DNA of 36,856 bases from Chiloscyllium plagiosum (Eukaryota). Location of the stretch: contig NC_057718.1 of NCBI RefSeq assembly GCF_004010195.1, forward strand, positions 46,915,262 through 46,952,117, given 5' to 3'. Of this stretch, positions 10,683 to 22,193 are shown piece by piece. Within the stretch, counting starts at the first letter, position 1, and each line of letters opens with the position of its first letter. The notes below the pieces were generated by a model. It saw only the letters and a list, made by a program, of their open reading frames with translations. It ran no database searches and was not told the DNA's origin. Both the position numbers and the translations under genes were made by a program.

Positions 10683-13162
10683 GGTAGGGGAAGACTTATT
10701 TTCCATACACCTACTTTAATATTTTCTCAGAAGGTTGCGGATCACTTCATAAGGCTCAGGGAACTTTAAAAATCAACAGCAGATTAGTTACTCGCAATGG
10801 ATTTTTTTTGGACACTAGATATTATAAAAGGTGTCATCAGTACTGCAATGAGATTTTATGCAAACCACCTGTATCAAGGACACTCCCTACAGTTCAGTCA
10901 TTATCTGATTCGCTGATTTAAGTATGAAGTACCAGTAAGTCACAGATTAAAGATACTTAGCTTCACCCTGTGACAAAAAGTGAGTTCCCAGATCACAGGC
11001 TGAAGTAGACCTGGCAACTGAGTAGAGTTCTAATTGTCCTGAAATTCTATACCCAAATTGTGCATTAGCCTTTGGCGAAGTTTTGTGGTGTGAAAAACAC
11101 ACACTTGGGTGCTTTTAAACTAAAATACTTCCAGATCAGGTTTGAAAAAGCCAGCTTATGGCTCTCAGATTCACCTTAATTCCAGTCACATAAGAACATC
11201 CTTTTTCACTCTGTTCCATTTCCTATGTCCAGATGTCCAATTTATACTAAACAACTTGGTCCTTATGAGATTTCCATTCCTTTAGTTTGGGGAAAATTGG
11301 AATCCAGGTAGAAGAGGTGAAAGGACATGCACCAGAATAGCTCCTGCAAGTGAGATTACTGAACTAACATTTAATAAACAACTTATAGCTAACAGTTATA
11401 TGAACATAAATAGTGTTAAAATGCATTTATCAATTGCTTTTCTTTTGGATTGCAATTTCAGCCCGGATTACATTTTCCCCCTAAAAATAAGAATTTAGGA
11501 GATACATTAGTATAAAATAGCCACAAAATACTGACCTTCTAAAATATTTGGGTTAAACTACAGTAATCCAACATACTTCATAGCAATGCCACGAATGTAA
11601 AAGACCAGTTTTTAAAGTAGTGTAGGATCCCACCCCACCAACCTGCTCCCAGGAAACAAACACTCTGGCACACACAAGTGCAACCATAAACTGTACTGCA
11701 GAATGATGGGCTACAGACATAATTCTCTACACAATCAATTCCTGATATCAGCCAAGCTATCTGGGGAAAGACGGGTTGGAAAAAAAACCACAACAAATCA
11801 TTGTATACAAAATAAAAATTTCATTGTGTATTAAAATCACTTGGAAGAAAATGATACAATTATATACAGATATGTGAAACTTGAACCAAAATAACTACAG
11901 CAATATGCACTTCCACAGTGACTAATTCATAAACTGACGTCACCTGGTAGCTAATGAAAGAACTGGAAGTCTTTGCAAATGAATGAAAATGCAGAATTGC
12001 TAAGTTAGCATGGATGCAAGGAAGAAAAAAACAGCTTTGGTTCTACATTGTCAATATATACAGTACCATTCAGCTTCTAAGAACTCATGATCTTGCATGA
12101 GTTTGATCATTTGGACCACAAGTTCTTAGAATTCAATATATCTACATAATTGAAATCTGTTGCATCTTCGCGTTATCAATATTAAAGGCACATCTAGTTG
12201 ATGAACAGATATTTGTTCCCCCCCCACCCCTTGGGGGTTTACAGTACATAAACTGCACTGGACAACTATACAATTTTCTCTCTCTAGCTTCACATGAAGT
12301 TCAAGAGAATATAATCTGCGAATCTTAAACCTATTGTATTCATTCCTGTGAACTGAATAGGTTTAAGTGCAAATTATGTGAATATTTTCTGCCCACTAAC
12401 ATCTTTACATACATAGACATCTGTAGCATTTCATTACAGATCAAAAAATTGTAACTCACTGCAGATATATATATAAAAAAACCTATCAAATCTGTGCAAG
12501 CTACTTGCTAAGCACATTACAGTTTTGACTATTTAACAAGAATCAAGTGCATTTCCACTGAAATTGCTTTTACAGATGTTACAAATTGTGCAAGAGCTAC
12601 TTATACACAATTTAACTTAAAAAATTAAAATTTCTCTTAGAATGTTAAAGGAGGCTAGAAAGTTTACTTTTTGAAGGACTCAATACTCCTTCACTTTACA
12701 GAACACTGACCAGTTCTTGATACTCATCCAACATGTCCAAGAGCAATAACAAAAATTACAATGTTAAAAAAGAAATGGGAATTTTTACCAGAATAAAGTT
12801 GAAAATTCAGTGTGCTTACATTTGGAAAATTATTGAAAACATTATAAATGGTAGAAAGCAGAAGACTGTAAGAATGAAAATGTTCAAAGTTAACAGGCTT
12901 TATGAACTTTTACTTTAAAAGATGGAAAGTTGATCATTCTACGTTGTTTTGTAAAAATACTCAGGCTACTGGAATACAACAATGTAATGCTCTTGAAACC
13001 TGTTAAAATGAGTCAATCATCAAGAACTTCTAATAAATATTGGTCACCGTTAATAAATTATCACAGTTTTCTAACCATTGCACCCTTAGCAGCTGTTCAT
13101 ATTTTTTCAGTGCTATGTACTAGTTGTGCGTTGTACCACTGCTATCTAGTCTCCCGTTTTAA

Positions 13163-13240
13163 TTAGATTGCGGTTTCTGCTGGTGCACGGAGTTCATTTT
13201 GCGATGTGGAAACTTTTTCTAGTGAATCACGAGCAGCAAG
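13163..13240 (-). CDS. FLVCR1: FLVCR1 last coding exon (equivalent to human exon 10): LAARDSLEKVSTSQNELRAPAETAI*
   Basis: Strong acceptor TTTTCCTCTCCAG, phase 0, in frame with the preceding exon. TAA at 13163-13165. The C-terminus ETAI resembles human FLVCR1 ESAI as I recall it. Confidence 0.85.
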   Translation of the reverse strand, partial: LAARDSLEKVSTSQNELRAPAETAI

Positions 13241-13844
13241 CTGGAGAGGAAAAATAAAATAAATATATTGCATAACTAGTGTTCAGTCACCACTAAAGAG
13301 TCTTTATAAATAAGGTTTATTCCTTTCTGTTCTGGATACTGCCCTTGTAAATATTTTTTTTGTAACTAGGCTGCAATATTTCAATTAATTTTACTAAAAT
13401 ATTTACATGATTCAGTAAAATGCCTTTCATTCCTACTCAACAAGCTGTTTAAGTGATCACCATCTGATTCTGGCTGAACACAGACCTGCCCAGAATGCAG
13501 TTGACTAATTCACTCCCCATCAAATCGCTGCAATTTATGACCAGAATGGGTACTGTGCATATAATCTGTATATAACAATGCTCCAATCAGTGCATTTTGC
13601 TGATAAAACTACCCATATCAAATGTTGGTGTAGTTTGGGTCTTGAATTCTACTTATTGCAGCTTGGATTTTGTTTGCTGTAAAATAGCCAGTTTGTCAGG
13701 TGTTTTACTGTAATTCTCATGCCGCCTCCAACTTCATGTCTTACAGGACAATGGTGGTGTCAACAGGGACCTTAACCTATCTATCAGTCTTGACCAGAGA
13801 AGGCAATGGTACTTCCAAAAAGAATTCTTACGCAATGTAAGCAT

Positions 13845-14035
13845 TACTGTTAAGGTCAGTATTTAAACCTATCCCTAATTGCGCTTGAAAATGCTCGTGT
13901 TAAGCCGCATTCTTGAACCATTGTAATTCATGCAGTGTAAATACATCTTCAGTACTGTTAAGGAGGGAATTCCAGATTTTCACTTGATGGCACTAAAGAA
14001 ATGGCGATAGATTTCCAAGTCTAGATGCTGCAAGA
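13845..14035 (-). mobile_element. Decayed LINE 3' fragment (CR1/L2-like); a related piece lies at ~10315-10460
   Basis: Shared motif cag(c/t)attta..gcc(c/t)atccctaattg.cttga, recalled as a common shark LINE 3' region. Boundaries approximate. Confidence 0.45.
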
Positions 14036-14397
14036 CATGGAAACATGTCCAAATTTCAACTGCTATATGTCAGGTAAATTGAGAGAGAGATTTGGCAATG
14101 GAAAATAATCTTCAACTGATCAGAATTTTTGCAATTGGAATGACTACTTGAATTATTTAAATTTTTAGGCAAAGACACTGTCTTTACAGCACTGTGAACC
14201 ATCATGTAAACTCAATTAGAGTTTCAGCAGGCATCTAAAAGGTCAGTTTTGAACTTTAGATCAGAGCGTCATGTCTTCAAATGAGAAAACCAATTTTTGA
14301 TATGAATTTTATACGAATCCTGAAGTCTATCACATTCAGCTTCTCTGGCCAAGAATTAGAGCCCAGTCTTATCCTTCAACATTAAGCAATCATTGCT

Positions 14398-14520
14398 AGA
14401 ATAAGACATTGGAAGAGGTAAGCCATTGGACCAGTTGTGTCCACTCTGCCATTCCACGAGCTCATTTGATGGTCCTCAACTCCATATTCCTGCTTTCCCC
14501 CACAAGCCCTTGATTACTTA
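14398..14520 (-). mobile_element. Decayed CR1-type LINE 3' tail
   Basis: ctcaactccatattcctgctttcccccacaagcccttgat is the reverse complement of the tail at ~35695-35745 (atcaaggggc...tatggggagaaagctggagaatgaggttgag). Confidence 0.6.
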
Positions 14521-14857
14521 ATGATACAATGTCCCAACACCAACATATTCCACAGGAGATAATTCCACTTGCTTTCCCACCAATTTTAACGGCACCTGTG
14601 AACACGGCAACCGTGGGCTCTTATCCTACCCTAAGTTGCCGTATGTGCAGTACCTTATTGAATGCCCTTTCAGAATCCAAATTTATAAGAGTTTCTGGTC
14701 CCTCTTTATGTACTCTGTTTATTACCTTCTAAAAGAACTGTATACATTTGTCAAAAAAACTAGAATCTGAAGTCTTAGACTCGCACACTATGAACCTGCC
14801 TTGTGTCAAATTACTACAGAATCCTTCATAATTGAAAGAGTTAAACAATCAATTTAC

Positions 14858-14913
14858 CTGCGCACTTACAGCCAAGTTTGCTTGTTGTCTTCTTAGGTCT
14901 GATTTTATGAAAA
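14858..14913 (-). CDS. FLVCR1: FLVCR1 penultimate coding exon (equivalent to exon 9): (V)FIKSDLRRQQANLA[VSAQ]; alternative donor at 14870
   Basis: Acceptor TTTCTTTACAG, phase 1. IKSDLRR is the FLVCR motif following TM12. Two phase-0 donors: GCT|GTAAGT and CAG|GTAAAT. Confidence 0.92.
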
Positions 14914-17900
14914 CTGTAAAGAAAATACAAATTATGAAACCATTTATTTTCTGTTGCACACACATTTAAATCAACAATGGAACCTATGAAAGTGAACATT
15001 TACAACCTTCCAAAGAAGATTGGTTAGTTTACTTACATAGCCAATTAAACCATAAAAATTATAACATCTGTACAGTAAACTTTATTCAGCATCTTTTTAA
15101 ATCATGAAAAATGAGGCTTTCAAAAATGCATAACATAAAATGAAGGCTTTCAGATAGTTTCCATCATACAAACTAAATTATTACAAATACATTTCTAGTT
15201 ACAAAAACATTAGAGAAGTATTACTGAAACACATCTCATTTATATTCTTTAAACATTTTTTTCTTAATAATGACAATTCCATTGTAATCAATTACATTTG
15301 CTTTAACAACGTTGTGGATGTTATACAAATGTCTGTTTATCATTGTTACCAGCAAGGAACAAAATTTACAAATCAGCTTCTGTCAACCTGTCCTTTTTAT
15401 TAAAAAAATCCCCGGCGATGAAATATTTAATTTACTTGAATAGCAGCACCATACACAAAAAAGTATTGAGTTACATTTTTGCAGAGTCCTTACCTCACAC
15501 AGCTTCCAGACAGAACAATGGCTGAAAATAGTAACACTAACCAATTTAGAAATAAAAATGTCCAGCATATATTAGAAGTCACCAATAGAAGGGAGTGATT
15601 TCAAGGCTATATATAAAGGGGACATGAAGGTAGAATTATGGTTTATCAAAGTAAAATAATTTTGGTAACTGCCACAAAAACATGATTTAAAGTACTTGTG
15701 ATTGTTGAGATTATTTTGTACAAACTTGAGGCCAAGTGATAAACTTGTTAAATAATTCAAATATTTAAAGCATTTACATATGTGCTTACATTTTTGGGCA
15801 TTAAGATGTTGTTATTGTGCAAGTCAGTCCAAAGACTCAGGCTTGGAGCATAAGTTGTAAGAAAGTCAGGTGGGAGAACTATGTGTGGAGACTCCACATG
15901 ATATTCAGTGTGATTGCAATAGAAGGTATGGTGTCTATTAAACTTCACCTCAACAGCAATCTGCATTGTTTATCATCAGTCACATGCTGCACAAGTCATG
16001 TCGACAGTCGCCCATGAGAGATAAAAAACATTGCAGAGTGTGGTTGAGAAGTCACGTGTGTTACACAGCACTAATTGTTATATTATTTTAAAAGGCCATG
16101 AGCTTTATATTGTAATTTGTGCAGAGTTCCAAAATGAATTATGGCCTCAAATCACTCCCAGCTATTCTTTCTGCTCCAGTGTGGTGCATTAAAGCTACAA
16201 CCAAGCTCAAGTACAGAAGCTAATTCACCATTTTATACCTGCATACTTGATGAGTAGTGTGTGCAGATTTAGGTTATGACAGTTGTGCAGTGGCTCCATT
16301 CTTTTCATGTTTATGCTTTAAACTAAAGTTTAATCAAAAGATGGTTCATGCAGTTAATGTCACCCACTGGATTTTATAGTTGTGTTAGAAGCATCTCATA
16401 AGAGAGTAACATATGCAACCTGCCCTTAACAACCAATGAAGAACTCAAAAGGTTTGAGTGCGCATATTTAACATGAAAAGGATTTAATAAAAAGACATTT
16501 CACTATTAAGTCATACCCCTACACGGATTCATTACCTGTAACAACAACAGTTGCATACCATGTCTAGTGGCTGGAGGAAAAAAATTGTCACTTTTCCACA
16601 TCAGATGGTGGACAGACTAGAGTATGAACCTTCTGCTGGAGAAACAAAAAATAAACTGACACTATCTTGTTTTGACGTGTACAGAATAGTGGTTACAGCA
16701 GGTCAGTCGATCAGGGTTTATTTGTGCTTAAGTTAAGAGTTAGAAACTTATTTTTGACAGCCCCAGCCAGCATCAAGTACTCCTGACATGGTCAGGTAAC
16801 GGTCAGATGCAGAGTAAAACTCCCTTTAAACTGCCCCAACAAAGTAACTTAACTGCAATCTCAGAACACCAGAGTGATATTTCCTCATCAGCTATTTTCA
16901 TAGCCTCAAGAGACAGATTGCCACCTGGTGTCAAACATACAGGAAGCCCTGTGTTGTGGAACTATGCGAATTAAGAAAAGGTTGAGATTACCGGACTCAA
17001 TTCATGTCAAGTCTCTTTAAACAAATTAAAAGGTTTTCCTTCCATACATTCAGCTTTATTTCAACACATGCCCCAGGAGAGGACAGTGTTCCAATCCTCA
17101 GCACCATCAAATCCCCATCAGAATTGTTTCTGGTTACACGATGGTTTCTGTTACTAGCAGCAGCAGCATAACGCCGCCTTACCCTTACACGATTTTCCAC
17201 GGACAGTCACAATCTTGGTTCGTTCATGAAGACTGGTTATATTTCTTTCCTAAAACCTAAACAGACTAGCTTCACAATTGACTTGTTAATACAAACATGT
17301 CAGTAAACCAAACAAGAGCAGTGTGTGCCCACAATGTTGCAGAACACACAAGAGTTCACAGGATGTCAAATTTGAAGAATGAAGGCTTAATAGTTCATGA
17401 GCATCACAATGACTGAAAAAGTGTTATGTTTTTGAAAAGTGCTGCATCTGTCTTTATAAATTACATTATTTTATCTCCCTTTCATTGAGCTTTCCATTCA
17501 CATTTGAACGTCTGCCCTTACCACTGCTTTTTTTTCTTACCGCCACTTGCATAGCCACCATGTATTGCCACATGCCTTTATTTCAAGTGACAGAAGAGTG
17601 ATCAGCATTTTAGTATTCACGCACTGTATAGAGAAGAGATACTGGAAATCTGTTAGAAAGCTGAAATACATTCAAGGAGCTCTGATGGAGTCAGTGTACT
17701 TAGATGAGAATTTGTGCACAACTTCAGGTCTTGAGACTATTAGTAGCAGCCTCCTTTAGGAGAGCAATTCATTATTATGGAACCTCAACCAATCGCGTGG
17801 GGCCCCCTTGCTTCCATGTCCTGTCTAAATCTCAAGAATGAGGAAATGTAGTTTTAACCACCCAGAGCTGCATCTGGATGACCAGAAGAGCATGTTGGGT

Positions 17901-19200
17901 TGAAAGTCATTCATATCACTACAAGGACGTTGGTCTCTTCCAATTTTGTCAAAAATTCTTCAGTGATTTATTCCACCAGGATTTAAAAGGAATAATGGAG
18001 TAAAGCTTCCTAAACATGTTTTCTGAATTTCATTCTTCAGCCATGTACTTCAAGAGAAGGATCTAACATTATTCCTCAAAACCTTTCACTATCTTGGAAA
18101 TCTAACAAAAGCTAAAACTCATGTCTCAAAATTCTCTAATTACACACTACCAATAACTTGCATACAACTTTCTAATTAACTGACTTACCTAGTTGATTTT
18201 CTTTGCATAAATGCTGTGAAATCCTACTGTAATTTACTATATGTATTTACAGTACTCAACATACAATCAAAACTTAGTACCTGTAGTTTGTTGAACTGGC
18301 TATATACTTCCTGTGCTGGAGAGAGGAGCAGCTGGTAAAAGGAGCTCTGCGATTTATTAGGAAAAAAACTGGGTAAATTGGTTAAGAATATACAATACTT
18401 TGGGTGGAGAGTGTGCACAATGTTTACAGTTACAGTCAGTTGAAATTTTTTTTTAAATCAACAAACTTTGAAGGTATACAAGATTTGAGTTTGCAAAGTT
18501 CAAGATTCGCTGCAGCCTTTTCTCCAGTGTGAGTAAAAGCCTAATGAGAGCAGCAAGGATTCTCAAAATGAAGCTGCTGACAGACAGTACTGGAACGTAA
18601 GAAATCCAAAAATAAAAGGCAGCTGAATATAGAACCCCCAGGGATACCAGAGAATCAAAAGTGGATGAAACACAGTAGAATCTTAAGACATACCTATTGC
18701 TTAACAAAGGATCAAGGTGACAAAAAGTAAATAAAAACAAGAAGCATACTAGGTGTAAGATTGTGTTCTGAAAAATTTTTTTTTTAAATTACATGTTTGA
18801 ACGAAATCTACAAGTAAAATGATGGAAGAACTGAAAATTACTCAAGGCCACATAATTACAGCCTCAAAGAATTTTCTACAGTTATCTAGCAGGTAGAAAC
18901 TAAATTCCTTAAGTGAATGTGCCAAAAGACAGTGCATGTCTCCTCAATCAAAAGCAGCATTTCAAACCAAAATGGTGCAAATGACATAATGGCGATTATT
19001 GCCATTCTTATCAGGAACCCAGTATGGAGGTAAGCATAAAAGTGAATTGAGAGAGAACATAAAGTGCAGCACCTCATTTTCCAGGAGCAATGGTACACAG
19101 GAAGGACACAGGAAGACAGGCTGATGTTCCATTAAAGGCAATGTGGATGAACCAAATGTTTTGTAGAAGTTCAGTACAAAAATAGTTAGAAATATTATAA

Positions 19201-19244
19201 AAGTAATATGTCGATATCCAGGAAGTAATATGTCGATATCCAGG
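19201..19244. repeat. Perfect 22-bp tandem duplication
   Basis: aagtaatatgtcgatatccagg occurs at 19201-19222 and again at 19223-19244. Confidence 0.95.
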
Positions 19245-19988
19245 TACAAAGGAAGATACTATATAATAAATAATCACTGAATTACGTACTGAAGGGAACT
19301 GATTTTTGAGGAAAAAAATGATAACCTCAAATCAGATAGGGAAAACAAATGTGCGTTAGCAACCCAAAATCAAAATAGGTGGTTAGATATGCAGCTAGTA
19401 TAAATGCAATATAAAAAAATTACAATCTAATCAGAACTAAAGAGATAAAGCTACTGTAATAGAAGCTTTCCGATGACAGAATTAGGCAGAAAATTAATGC
19501 TTCTGTGTAATGATAAAATAGCTAAGAATGAATTAACAATTGATACAGTCGAAATTAATAAGAGCAGAATAATTGGGGAAAACATTTGTCAGTGGAAAGT
19601 AGTTAAGAATGTTTAAATACTTAGGTAACTAAGAGTCAACATGAGAGAGTTGGGCACCCTGGAACAATGGGGATAAACCAGGAAATATTAAGATGAAGGA
19701 AGATGAACAGTTAAACGGGGCAGAAATTTATTATTTAACACAACAGAAGCACCACAGTCGGTCTATGGTATTCAACAATCCATCAGAAATGCCTAATAAT
19801 CTAAAAAGGAACTGAAAACTATTTTTATGGTGGCCACTAAATAGGTAGATTTGATGTTCAAATTAAGCTTTTGATGAGAATAACTGCATAGATTGCAAAG
19901 TTAAATTAAAACACTTCCAAAATAGAGTAAGTAGGCAAAGTTAAAAGTGAAGCCTGGTGCAACGTTAATTCCTATGAAATGAATTAGT

Positions 19989-20313
19989 GGACGGCACGGT
20001 GGTACAGTGGTTAGCACTGCTGCCTCACAGCGCCAGAGACCCGGGTTCAATTCCCGCCTCAGGCGACTGACTGTATGGAGTTTGCACGTTCTCCCTGTGT
20101 CTGCGTGGGTTTCCTCCGGGTGCTCCGGTTTCCTCCCACAGTCCAAAGATGTGCAGGTCAGGTGAATTGGCCATACTAAATTGCCTGTAGTGTTCGGTAA
20201 GGGGTAAATGTAAATGTAGGGGTAGGGATATGGGTGGGCTATGCTTCGGCGGGTCGGTGTGGACTTGTTGGGCCGAAGGGCCTGTTTCCACACTGTAATG
20301 TAATGTAATCTAA
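19989..20313 (+). mobile_element. tRNA-derived SINE (HE1/V-SINE-like), full length
   Basis: GGACGGCACGGTGGTACAGTGGTTAGC...GGTTCAATTCC, V-domain-like core and (TAATG/C)n tail. It is an inverted near-copy of 6729-7044. Confidence 0.92.
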
Positions 20314-20499
20314 AAGAAACATATTGGAATCCCTGCTGTAAACAAGGAGCACTAAAGATGATAATATTTTGAAGAGAAAGGAGAAACAAATAGAATCAAA
20401 ACTATTCTTCCACAAGAATAGAAAAGATGACTGGAGATAGGTGCAAGAAAAATTCAGACGTTCTCTCTCAATTGTTAAGAAACCAGTTAGTAGGTTCTT

Positions 20500-21990
20500 T
20501 AAAAGCAGACAGGTCAAGAAGTGATGTCAATATTAATATTTCACATCAGTCTTCATTTTAGAAAATAATGGACAAATTCTAGGTAATCAAATTGCTTAAA
20601 AAACAGTCACTTCGGAATTAAAAAGTGGTGGTATGAAGAGACTGAAGTTATTAAACTATGCACACTAGAACGACGAAAAATCAAGCCACAAGATGCTAAC
20701 TGATGTATCTAGCCCTCCAAGAGCTCCATGAATATTTTAATGGGGTATTAAGCTGTAATTAATGTTTTTTAAAAGCAATAGGTTATGTCCCATTAGTATG
20801 GAATTAGGTGAAGTTGGAATTAACATTAACAGAAGTAATGTCCAGTAAAGCTTATTTGGATCTTCAGATGCCATCTGATATGTTTAAACATAAGAGACTA
20901 ATTTCATTAAATGAACAGAAATTAGCTAAGAATAGTAATGGGGAGATGAAGATCAAGAGGGAAAAAATGAATGAGAGGCATCAGCTGAGACATTACTGAG
21001 CAGTCTGCTTTGACCTCCCTGCTATGTTATTTAAAAATGATCTGAACGCAAGATATTTCAAATGATTTAAAATTCTGTTGATAATGCCAGGCAATAGGCA
21101 AATCAGTAGTGTAAAGGAAATGGAGAACATACCAAAAAAATCTAGGTGAGTTTAAAGTGAATGTGGAAGAAATAATGGAAAAGTAGAATAGGAAATACAT
21201 GCTTGAGTGTAAAAGGAATATGCATTGAGTGATGGAAAGCAATTTAGATGAAAAACAACATTTCACTAAAAAGATTCAGTCAATGCAAAGCTGTTAACAC
21301 ATCAAACTTCTGGAAAGTAGCTCAAATAACAAAATTGAAATAGGTTATCTGAGCCCAGTGTATCTTACGATTTGATCTCACTGGGAACATTGTACATGAT
21401 TTTAAAACATAAAGGATACCGATGCACTGTCGAATGTTCGCAGAGCAAGATAACTTGGAGACTTGGGGCCCTATGTTGCAAAGAGAACTGCAAATATTCC
21501 TGAACATGGACTGATCACAAAAAGTAAAGGAAACTTAGTAATGCTCAAAGCTGAGTAAAAGATTGAAAGAAAGTATCTTTCTCTATCTTCTCCATATTTA
21601 AAAAGCAGTCAATGCAATGGCAATTAACTCTTTCAAAGCTGGACAAATGTTTAAAAGAACCATTGTGAAGGTTCCAAGTACAACGGAGAAACAAGTGGAA
21701 CAGTCAGCATTGAGAGGTGCATATTGCATCGTTAGATTGATCCAGAAGTTTTACTTCATTACCCTTCAGGTGGGGGGCTAGAAGTGATGGGAAGAGAAAA
21801 TACAGGAAGAATAGAAGTGGGTCTGGGTAAAATTTCAGAGCTTTATCTTCTTGGATTTTATCAGTCGTTGGCTGCCACCTTCTTAAGATTGATAGGGCTG
21901 AGTGTTGTCCTGAATAGGAAAGAACATACAAGATCTGTGGAGGGAATGGCCTTGATGGTCTGAACAGCCTCTTTCTTGTTCCACATTGCA
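20500..21990 (+). mobile_element. Ancient, heavily decayed CR1-like LINE; may extend left to ~18.5 kb and be interrupted by the SINE
   Basis: Residual RT motif gcttatttggatcttcagatgccatctgat (YLDFQKAFD-like) near 20850, strong A/G strand bias, and a tail gatggtctgaacagcct..ttcttgttcc near 21955-21982. Confidence 0.5.
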
Positions 21991-22081
21991 TTTTATATAT
22001 TTAGCAGATTTAATGTGCTGCTTCCCTCAGGCAGAAATTTATTACACAACAATTGCAAAATAGTAAAAAGTAATTAATTAC

Positions 22082-22193
22082 CTGTAAGAAGGATTCCCAC
22101 AAAGATCCAAGAACAAAGAAAAAGATTTCCAGCTAATGTGCCATAATCAGCTTTCAACTTTCCTTGGGCCAGTGTGAACACAATTCCAAATAG
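22082..22193 (-). CDS. FLVCR1: FLVCR1 internal exon (equivalent to exon 8): [37 protein letters not shown]
   Basis: 112 bp, TTGCAG acceptor and G|GTAATT donor, phase 0 to 1. Matches recalled human [37 protein letters not shown]. Confidence 0.96.

Noticed and set aside
12548..12567. IRE-like hairpin in the FLVCR1 3' UTR (mRNA strand GC-AAUUU-CAGUGG-AAAUG-C)
   Set aside because: Tempting for a heme-linked gene, but the sixth loop base is G, the upper stem has an A-G mismatch and there is no lower stem.
16997..17200. 67-aa ORF MENRVRVRRRYAAAASNR... as a small protein
   Set aside because: It starts at GTG, has no recognisable homology and no promoter evidence. The region is considered only as a possible cryptic exon.
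19989..20060. tRNA gene
   Set aside because: The A/B boxes belong to a SINE head that continues into SINE body and tail. There is no complete cloverleaf.
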